Shown piece by piece: positions 53,980 through 64,000 of a DNA stretch of 64,000 nucleotides (within the stretch, counting starts at the first letter, position 1; each line of letters begins with the position of its first letter). The notes beneath the pieces were generated by a model, which worked only from the letters and a program-made list of their open reading frames with translations, had not been told where the DNA came from and ran no database searches. The stretch lies in NCBI RefSeq assembly GCF_009914755.1, contig NC_060928.1, one strand, 5' to 3'. This DNA comes from the human T2T-CHM13v2.0 reference genome, Homo sapiens. Made by a program: the position numbers and the translations under genes.

Positions 53980-56343
53980 GAGAATTGTCTATTCATGTCC
54001 TTAGCCCACTTTTTGATGGGATTGTTTGTTTTTTATTTGCTGATTTGTTTGAGTTCCTTGTAGATTCTGGATATTAGTCTTTGTCAGATGTATAGATTGT
54101 GAAGAATATCTTTCACTCTGTGGGTTGTCTGTTTACTCTGCAGATTGTTTTCTTTTATTGTGCAGAAGGTTTTTAGTTTAATTAAGTCCCATCTACTTAT
54201 CTCTGTTTTTGTTACATTTGCTTTTGGGTTCTTGGTCATGAGGTCTTTGCCTAAGCCAATGTCCAGAAGGGTTTTTCTGATGTTATCTTCTAGAATTTTT
54301 ATGGTTTTAGTTCCTATATTTAAGTCCTTGATCCATCTTGAGTTAATGTTTGCATAAGGTGAGAGATGAGGATACAGTTTCAGTCTTCGATATGTGGCTT
54401 GCCAAATATTCCAGCATCATTTGTTCAATAGGGTGCCCTTTCCATACTTTATGTTTTTGTTTGCTTTGAAGAAGATCAGTTGCCTCTAAGTATTTGGCTT
54501 TATTTCTGTGTCCTCTATTCTGTTCCATTGGTCTATGTGCCTATTTTTATGCCAGTACCATGCTGGGATACAGCAAAGTTGGTGCTAACAGGAAAGTTCA
54601 TAGCCTTAAATGCCAACATCCAAAAGTCTGAAAGTGCACAGATAGACAATCCAAGGTCACACCTCAAGGAAGTAGAGAAACAAGAACAAACTAAACCCAA
54701 ACCCAGCAGAAAAGAAATAACAAAGATCACAGGAGAACTAAATGAAATTGAAACAAAAAAAATACAAACAATAAGTGAAACAAAAAGCTGGTTCATTGAA
54801 AACATAAATAAAATTGATAGACTATTAGTGAGATTAACCAAGAAAAGAAGAGAGAAGACCTAAATAAGCTCAACTAGAAATGAAACAGGAGCTATTCCAA
54901 CCAATACTACAGAAATGCAAAAAATCATTCAAGGCTACTATGAACACCTTTATGCATACAAGTTCAAAAATCTAGAAAAGATGAATAAATTCCTGGAAAT
55001 ATACAACTGTCCTAGATTTAACAAAAAGAAATAGAAACTCTAAATGAGCCAATAACAAGCAGCAATATTGAAATAGTAATTTAAAAAATTGCCAACAAAA
55101 ATAAGTCCAGGACCAGACAGATTCACAGCTGAATTCTATCAGACATTCAAAGAAGAATTAAAAACAATCCTGTTGACACTATTCCACAAGATAGAGAAAG
55201 AGGAAATCTTTACTAAATTATTCTATGAAGCCAGTGTCACCCCAATGTCAAAACTAGGAAAGGACATAACAAAAAAAGGAAAATTACGAACCAATATCCC
55301 TGATGAACACAGATGCAAAAATCCTTAACAGAATACTAGCTAACCAAATCCAACAGCATATCATAAAGATAATCTACCATGATCAAGTGGGTTTCATACC
55401 AGGGATGCAGCATTGGTTTAACCTACACAAGCCAATAAATATGATACAGCACCTAAACATAATTAAAAACAAAAAATCACATGATCATCTCAATAGACTC
55501 AGAAAAAGCATTTGACAAAACCCAGCATCCTTTTATGATTAAAACCCTCAGCAAAATCAGCACAGAAGGAACATACCTTAATGTAATAAAAGCCATCTAT
55601 GACAAACCCACAGTCAACATAATGCTGAATGGGGAAAAGATGAAAGAATTCCCCCTGAGAACTGGACCAAGACAGGGATGCCCACTTTCCCCACTTCTAT
55701 CCAACATAGTGCTGGAAGTCCTAGCCAGGGCAATTAGACAAGAGAAAGAAATAAAGTGTATTCAAATCAGTAAAGAGGAAGTCAAACTGTCACTGTTTGC
55801 TGAAGATATGATTATATACGTAGAAAACCCTGAAGACTCCTCCAAAAAGCTCCTAGAACAGATGAATAAATTCAGCAAAGTTTCAGGATACAAAATTAAT
55901 GTATACCAATCAGTAGCTCTGCCACCAACAGCAACCAAGCTGAGAATCAAATAAAAAACTCAACTCCTTTTATGATAGCTGCAAAAAAATAAAATAAAAT
56001 ACTTAGGAATATACCTAACCAAGAAGGTGAATGATCTCTACTACAAAACACTGTGAAAAAAAATCATAGACAACACAAACAAATGGAAACACATCCCATG
56101 CCCATGGATGGATAGAATGAATATTGTGAAAATGACCATACTGCCAAAGACAATCTACAAATTCAATGCAACTGCCATCAAAATATTATTATCATCCTTC
56201 ACAGAACTAGAAAAAACAATCTTAAAATTCCTATCAAACCAAAATGGAGCCTACGTAGCCAAAGCAAGACTAAGCAAAAGAACGAATTTGGAGGCATCAT
56301 ATTACTTGACTTCAAACTATAGTATAAGGCCGTAGTCACCAAA
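53132..56343 (-). mobile_element. L1PB1-like element with 5' inversion (53132-54565 minus, 54563-56343 plus)
   Basis: T-rich tail at left; ORF2 RT motifs on plus strand ([33 protein letters not shown]); TSD caaagatcaattatgttt / caaaggtcaagtatgttt. Confidence 0.95.
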
Positions 56344-56653
56344 GGTCAAGTATGTTTCAATGCAAAAAGGGAATAAGTGTATATTTATACATTGATTGTC
56401 AACTTCAAGAAGAATTTTTTTTAATTACAAGAATATTTCACAAGTATTCTTCCATATCATCTTTTTACATGTTCAGAAGAAAGCATCTGATTGAACTAAG
56501 ATACAATAAGATGTAATGACAACCATTCTGCACTTGTCTACTTCTTCATATCTGTTTGTATTTTTAAAGAGAAACTTGTTAGTCAAAGAAACAGTTTTCT
56601 CACACTTGCCTTTGCATTTATAAAGTTGGTTTTAAAGCCTTACAATACTTGTT

Positions 56654-56752
56654 TTTGACCTAGAGAAAGTATTTTTACTGCCTTTAAATTGCCTTGGCAC
56701 TGAAATTTAATATGGACTAAGCCTCAAATATAAATCTGAATCACTGTTAATT
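56654..56752 (+). repeat. ~95-bp direct repeat B, copy 1
   Basis: tttgacctagagaaagtatttttact...cctttaaattgcctt...aaatctgaat..ctgttaatt recurs at 57855-57945. Confidence 0.9.
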
Positions 56753-57403
56753 TTATAAAGATAACTGCCATGGAGAAAAGTTATTATTACAGGTGTTCAT
56801 CTTCAGAACCAAATTCAAATTACAGCTCTAATCTCTTTGGAGAATTGCTTTTCACATACCTGAATCACTTCATTATGAAACATTATTTTGCTATAAACAT
56901 CTTATTGTTCTCTCTTGCAACCAGATGTGCTGAAGACAACTCTTTCACTTAAGGTAAATTATGTGAGAATAGTAAGAAAGAAAATCATTTTATCTTGTAT
57001 TTAGTTGGACAGTAAGCTACATGTTGACTCATATAAAAATAGCTAAGAGTGAGTTGAGAATTTTTAAGATTTTCATTTTCCTGGAACACTACTGTTTCTT
57101 GTTTTAAGAGAGAGGGAGCAAGTAAGAGAGAAGAAGGGAGAAATGAAAGTTTGGAGAATGTAATGGGATTCAGAAACTACACATGACTAATTACATGTAC
57201 ACTAGATAGGGTTCTACCAATGGCATGAAGGAAATATTTTGTTTACTTTATGAAGGTTCATTAAACCCATGTTTACAATGTAATTCACAAACATTTGAGA
57301 AAATAATATAATCGTTTAATATGACAGAGGAGGAGAATAGGATAACCAAATAACTTGTTCTAACGAAACATTTTTTAAAACCAGAGTTTCTTTTGTTTGC
57401 TTT

Positions 57404-57819
57404 TGCCTTAGTCCATTTTCTGTTGCTTATAACAGAATACCCAAAACTGAATAATTTATAAGAAATGAAATTTATTTCTTACAGTTCTGGAGGCTGGGAA
57501 GTCCAACGTCAAGGAGACACATTTCTTCTTACTGGTGGAAACTTTCTGCACAGTCCTGAGGCAGCACAGGGCAACACACGGTGAGGTGGCTGAGTGTCTA
57601 GCTCAGGTCTCTTCTTATATAGCCACCAATCTTACTCCCATGAGAACTCATTACTCCTTTAACCCATTAATCCATTAACCCATGAATGGATTCCTCTATT
57701 CAAGACAGCAGAGCCCTCTGACCAAGTCATCTCTTAAAGGCCTCATCTCTCAATACTTTCACCCTGGGTATTAAATTTCAACATGATGTTTGGAGGGGAA
57801 AAATACTCAAACCATAGCC
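57404..57819 (-). mobile_element. MST (MSTC/MSTD-like) MaLR solo LTR
   Basis: ttagtccattttctgttgcttataacagaatac...acagttctggaggctgggaagtcca...caaaccatagc. Confidence 0.85.
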
Positions 57820-57854
57820 ATTAAAAAATACTCACATACACATCACAAAAATAC

Positions 57855-57945
57855 TTTGACCTAGAGAAAGTATTTTTACTTCCTTTAAATTGCCTTAGCA
57901 CTGAATGGATTAGGCCTCAAATGTAAATCTGAATTGCTGTTAATT
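57855..57945 (+). repeat. ~95-bp direct repeat B, copy 2, followed by hairpin and (TATG/TG)n tract to 58026
   Basis: Matches 56654-56752 with an 8-bp deletion and several substitutions. Confidence 0.9.
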
Positions 57946-58318
57946 CAGATTTATATGTATATATGTATATGTGTGTGTATATATGTGTATATGTGTGTTT
58001 GTGCATATATACATATACACACACACAAAAATAAAACCTGTTACTAATGGTATACACTTTTGTTTTTATTACATAGTTGTAATTATAGGTATAGTAGGAG
58101 CCGGGATTTAAGTCTCATGCCTAGAATTTACTAGGAAGAGGAGGTTTATCAAAGGATATGGTTACATACCCAGAGACAAGTAGACAGGCAAGATCCTGGT
58201 CTCAGGACATTGTTCACATGGATGAATCAGTTTGCCAAATTGCAGAGCTAAGCTATAGTTACAAAAATAATCAAGAAAGAATTTAGGTGCAAGACACATT
58301 AAGAAAAAGGGATAGTAG

Positions 58319-58858
58319 TGTAGGAGACCATACTATGCCACCCTAAAATATACCTCTTTTGCATAAGGATTGTTTTGATCTAAAGGCAATTAGAAGAAGC
58401 AGATACAGGAAAAGCTCTTTGCCCTCCCCTATTTGCCTAAAAGAAAAATGTAAATTTATAAAGGTGTTCCTCCTCCCTTCTCTACTGGGGAGGACAAAGG
58501 TTAATCTCTGAGGACTACTTAAGGCTCTTGTCAGCCTAGAGATGGCACTGGAGAAATCTACATGACAAACCCTCATTTATTTGCCTCCTCACAATTTGCC
58601 ATCCCTAGAGACTCAAAGTCCTTTTTCTTTATCTTATCACTTCTCTAAAAATATACAAGTCTTATTGAGGATGTTCTATAAGCCGGATTTCTAAGCCCCT
58701 CTTCAAGAATTCACTGCACATTTCCCATGTATACATTAAATATGCATGCTAATAAACTTCTGTCTGTTTTTCTTTTGTTAATCTGTCTTTAATTACAAGG
58801 GTCTGTCCCAGCTAGGAACTATAAGGAGTAGAGAGAAAATTATTTTTTCTCCCCTACA
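58319..58858 (+). mobile_element. MER34-type ERV1 solo LTR
   Basis: tgtaggagacc..tatgccaccctaaaatat...AATAAA...ttctcccctaca; 4-bp TSD GTAG (58315-58318, 58859-58862). Confidence 0.85.
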
Positions 58859-60134
58859 GTAGTAACTGAGGTAGAAACAAAATATAGATTCTGAAACTAA
58901 ACCAAGGTTAGCTTTCAGTGGTTCCTCTCCAAAAAAGGTTTGCAACAAATTACAGTTTTGTTATTTGGGGCAGCTGATTGCACCATAGTCTGATGAGGGA
59001 ATCCCTAAAGACACTATTAAGAAGATATTGTCCTATCATTACTGACTTAATTGATTCCTTTGTGATTGAGGAGATTGTAAGATCTCTAAGCCTTGGGATC
59101 CTCTGTATCCAAATCTTCTTCCTCCAAGCTCCTGCCACTCTCCAGGTCCAGGGCAAAAGTCGTAAAAGGTAACAAGTTAGATAGAAGTTCACCCCAAATT
59201 TAAGATACAATATGCAATAATAATAATGAATATAAGAGCTACTTTTCATGCCCAATTTCTCAAGGTTTGAAGCTCCTTCCTAGTAAGCCATATTTTTCAA
59301 ATATTTAAATGTTTCCAAATAGTTCACCTAAATAGCGTAAAGTAATGCACAATGTAGGTGAACACTGAGTGAATTTTGGATTTATATTTATATGGACTAG
59401 ATGACTAGTATGTGGTAATCATTATGAAGACTGTGTCTATGGAGGGCAATTTTTAAAAATCACAATTAAATTCATAATTTGATTCTATTTCACATATTTT
59501 TGTCATTTTTATGAAAAGGGAAACATTCAGAAAGACAGGAAAAGATTTTCCTTCCTAAAATTTAAAAGTAACAGTTGTAGTTGTACTTTTATTTAAATAC
59601 AATTGTTTGCCAATATCCATTTAAAATGATACTTATTAAAAAGTATCATGTATTAATAAGAATTAAAGACATTACTTATACCAAAAATAGAATTTAATGA
59701 AAATCTGCTTTATTTGTATAATATGGATTTAATACAAAATTAAAATTTGTCATATAACCTGAAATACATAGGTAGGTATAACATTAATATATTTATATTC
59801 ATTAGGTTTAAAAAATTACTGTATTATATATTATATAAGAATTATATATTTTATTCATTATAAAATATGAAGCCAAATGAAAAAAGTAAAATGATAACCA
59901 CCTATAATTCTACAATGAAGAAATTACAATAGCTTAAAATTATATCTGGCATAAAAATATATAAACAGTTGTTAATATGCTCTGTAAATGTAAGCCTAGA
60001 TCTACAAACTTAAGTTTCATTTGTTCTACTAAAATACATTTCCACATTCTGAAAATGGAATTTGTCTTAATGAGAGAAAAGTGTAGGAAGAATAATGAAA
60101 ATTATATATAAATACAGAGTTAAGATTCAGAACG

Positions 60135-60252
60135 TTATTATTATTATTATCATTATTTTGAGACAGGAGTCATGTTATGTTGCCCATGTTGGTAGCAAAT
60201 TCCTGGGCTCAAATGAGTCTCCTGCCTCAGGCTCCTGAGGTAGCTGGGATTT
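60135..60252 (-). mobile_element. FLAM/Alu monomer fragment with (TTA)n tail
   Basis: gagacagg..tatgttgccca..ttcctgggctcaa..ctcctgcctcag..gtagctgggatt. Confidence 0.75.
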
Positions 60253-60504
60253 AAAAGCATAATTAATGAGGGCTTTCTCATTATTTTCAGTTCTGTGTAG
60301 TCAATTAGGCCAGACTCAAGAAAAAAGAAGCTAGCGTTTAGCCATAATGTCCAGGAACGTTTGTTTATCAGACAATTTTCTCTAATGCATTTAAAAGCAT
60401 TTACTTCAAAATTTGGACTAAGCACATTGAAGCAGTCATTTGTTTTGTTTGAATTTTCAAGTGCTTTTTGAAACTATGTGTATTTTTTCACATAGCATTG
60501 TCTT

Positions 60505-63500
60505 TCTGTCTGCCAGCCTCTCCTGGGGCCCTAGTGTGGCCACAGCTGCTTGCACTGTAGCCTCGGATGCCAAACCAGAGTGCTTCTCAGGTGCTGACAT
60601 CACAGCTCCTTCACTGGCAGACCATACCTAACCATCCGAGAACTCCAGCAGGCTAGCACATGCCAGTGCACAACCACGCACTTGCAGTCTCCCTTTATAG
60701 CATCCTTGCCAGCTTTACCAGCACATACAAACACACAGCCCCCCATCACTTCTTTGTTGGCACATGCGCATGGGCAGATCTTGCCTTCCCAAGCCCCTCC
60801 TGCAGTGCATGCATGGGCATACAGCCTGCTGTCCCTCCACCCCTGGGGCCCCATCCTTGATGACGTGTATGCACCATGCTGTACTCCTGTGCCTGCCCTT
60901 GCATTATTGTAGCTAGTGTACCAGGAGCACCTTGGTTTCTCTAGTGCGGTAGGTTCCTAATCTTGAGGGGTGAGAGAAAAAAGCCAGGGGCCCAGCACCA
61001 GCCCCCAAGAGTTAAAACATGCAGCCAAGGAGTGCTGAGCTGAGCCTTGGCACCCTGAAATGTTCCAGAAATGAAGACAGTTAACTGAACCCACCTTATA
61101 CCACAGTCAAACCCTCAAGGGCAACAAAGAAGATAAAAGCGAAAAATCCCACTGAAAGGACAGCAACTTCAAAGACTAAAGGAACATCAGCCCACACAGA
61201 TAAGAAATAATCATTGCAAGAACTCTGGAAACTCAAAAAGCCAGAGTGTCGTCTTACCTTCAAATGACCACACTAGATTCCCAGCAATGGTTTTTAAACA
61301 GGCTGAAATGACTGAAAATACAGACATAGAATTCAAAATGGGAATAGGAATGAAGACCATTAAGACTCAGGAGAAAGTCAAAACTCAACCCAAGGATTCT
61401 AAAGAATACAATAAAATGATACAGGACCTGAAAGACAAAATAGTCATTTCAAGGAGCATCAAACTGATTTTATAGAGATGAAAAATTCACTGCAAGAATT
61501 TCATAACAAATTGCAAATATAAACCTCAAACAGACCAAACTGAGGAATGAATCTCAGAGCTCGAAGATTGGTTCTACCAATTAACCTAGTCAGACAAAAA
61601 TAAAGAAAAAGAATGAACAAAACCTCTGAGAAATACAGGATCATGTAAAGAGACTAAATCAACTATTAATTGGTATACCTGAAAGAGAGGAAGAGAAAGC
61701 AAACAACTTGTAAAACATATTTGAATAGGTCATCCACAAAAATTTCTCCAACCTCACTGGAGTAACCAACATTCAAATTCAGAAAATACAGAGAACCCCT
61801 ATGAGATACTGTACAAGACAATCATCACCACAACACAGAGTCATCAGATTCTTCAAAGTCAGGATGAAAGAAAAAATATTAAAGGTAGCTAGAGAGAAGG
61901 GACAGGTCATCTACAAAGGGAACCTTATCAGGCTAACAGTGGACCTTTCAGCAGAAACACCATAAGCCACAAGAGATTGGTGGCCTATATTCAGCATTCT
62001 TAAAGAAAAGAAATTCCAACCAATAATTTCATATCCAGCCAAAGTAAGCTTCATAAGCAAAAGAGAAATAAGACCCTTTTCAGACAAGAAAATGCTAAGG
62101 GAATTTGTTACTAAAAAACTTGTCTTACTATTGGTTCTAAAGGGAGTGTTCAATAGGGAAATGAAAGACCATTACTGGCCACACAAAAACACAGTTAAGT
62201 ATGTAGATCATTGACACCATAAAGCAACTACACAATCAAGTCTGTATAATAACCAGCTAACAATATGATGACAGGATCAAATCCACACAAGTCAATATTA
62301 GCCTTAAATGTAAACATGCTAAATGCACCCAATTAAAAGGCATGGAATGGCAAGTTGAATAAAGAAACAAGACCCAACTGTATGCTGTCTTCAAGAGACT
62401 CATCTTACATGCAATGATATGCATAGGCTCAAAGTAAAGAGATAGAGGAAAATCTACCAAGCAAACAGAAAACAAAAAAAGCAGGAGTTGCTATTCTAAT
62501 TTCAGACAAAACAGATTTTAAATGAACAACGATAAAAAAAAAAGACTTTATGTCATAGTAAAGATTCCATTCAACAAGACTTAGCTATTCTAAATATATA
62601 TATGCACTCAGCACAGGGGCAACCACATTTATAAAACAGACTCCTAGACACCTGTGAAGGGAGTTAGATAACCACAAAATAATACTAGGAGACTGATACA
62701 GTGTGAATGTCTCCCCTAGATCTCATGTACAGATGTAATAGCATTGTTGGAAGTGGGGCCTGGTGGGAGCTGTATGGGTTATGGGGTGGTGAGAATCCCT
62801 CATGGCTTGGTGCTGTCCTTGAAACAGGGAGTGAGTTCTCATAACATCTGGTCATTTAAAAGTGTGTGGCACCACCTTCCACCTTGCTCCCACCCTGCAA
62901 TGTGAGATGCCTGCTGCCACTTCACCTTTTGCCATGAGTAAGTTCTTTTAGGCTTCCCCAGAAGCCAAGCACATGTTAGTGCCATGCTTCTGTGCATCCT
63001 TCAGAACTTTTAGCCAATTAAACCTCTTTTTATAAATTATCCAGTCTCCATTATTTCTGTATAGCAATGAAAGAACAAACACCTTACTGATCAGTATTAG
63101 AAAAATCTTCAAGGCTGAAAACTACCAAAGATATTCAAGACATGAACTCAAAACGTGAGCAAATGGACCAAACATACATGTACAGAAAACTCCATAAAAA
63201 ACAGAAGAATATGAATTATTCTCATTTGCACATGACACATACTTGAAAATCAACGTAAAAATTGAGCCATCTATGACAAACCCACAGCCAACCTCATACT
63301 GAATAGCCAAAAGCAAATTCAAAAAAACTGAAATGACACTAACCACACTCTTAGACCACAGATAAATAAAAATGGAAATCTAGACTGGTAAGATCACTCA
63401 AAACTATACAATTATATGCAAGTTAAACAACCTGCTCCTGAGTTACTTTTGAATAAACAATGAAGTTAAGGTAGAAATCAAGAATTTCTTTGAAACTAAT

Positions 63501-64000
63501 GGAAACAAAGATGCAAACCAGAATCTTTGAGACCCAGCTAAAGCAGTGTTAACAGGAAAGTATATAACACTAGATGTCTACATCAAATGTTAGAAAGATC
63601 TCAAATTAATTAGCTAACCAGAAAAACAAGAGCAAACCAACCCCAAAGCTAGCAGGAGAAGAGCAATGACTAACAGAGGTAAACTTAATTAAATTGTGAT
63701 TTAAAAAACATTCAAAAGATCAGGGAAATTAGGCTTATTTTATGAAAGAATAGATAAGACTGATAGACCACTAGTTAGACTAATTTAAAAAAAAACAGAA
63801 GATCTAAATAAACACAATCAGAAATGACAGAAAGAAAATCAATGCCACAGAAATACAAAAATACCCCCAAGACCATTAAAAACACCTCTATACACACAAA
63901 CTAGAAAACCTAGAAAAAAATTGATACAATTCTGGAAATAAACAAGCTCCCATGATTGAAACAGGAAGAAGCTGAAACCCTGAAAAAGCCAAAACAAGTT
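60505..64000 (+). mobile_element. L1 (L1PA15/16 or L1PB-like): partial 5'UTR, degenerate ORF1, start of ORF2; continues past window end
   Basis: ORF1-like text (ataggtcatccacaaaaatttctccaacct, tcagcagaaacaccataagcc); ORF2 start atgacaggatcaaatccacac near 62268. Confidence 0.9.
62694..63078 (+). mobile_element. MSTA/MSTB MaLR solo LTR nested in L1 ORF2
   Basis: tgatacagtgtg...ggggcctggtgggag...agccaattaaacctcttt...tatagcaatg; last ~10 bp missing. Confidence 0.85.

Noticed and set aside
55481-55954. 157-aa RT ORF as an active reverse transcriptase
   Set aside because: Fragment of a truncated, inverted L1; FADD is mutated to FAED and the flanks are frameshifted

Overview
AT-rich primate genomic DNA. 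Alu J/S/Y, L1PA/PB and a HERV-K point to a simian, most likely human or ape. It reads as intergenic or deep intronic, with no protein-coding host gene that I can support; almost all ORFs in the supplied track are spurious or repeat-derived. A large fraction of the window is recognisable transposable-element sequence. The main element is a complete two-LTR HERV-K(HML-3)/HERVK9 provirus with MER9-type LTRs at 33721-39419 (minus strand, 6-bp TSD ACAAAG). Its internal region is only about 4.7 kb. It appears to carry four clean deletions (matrix, capsid-nucleocapsid, RT catalytic core, Env SU/TM). One of them places the Gag remnant in the dUTPase-protease frame, which is still open for 330 codons. 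Other notable structure: a twin-primed inverted L1PB (53132-56343); an L1 whose 5' terminus is joined to mid-ORF2; and three apparent locally templated insertions (two ~95-bp direct repeats about 1.2 kb apart, one ending in a snap-back hairpin, and an L1 RT-region fragment inside an L1 endonuclease region). I see no convincing evidence of a new functional biological system. Repeat subfamily names come from recognising consensus motifs by eye and need RepeatMasker/Dfam confirmation.
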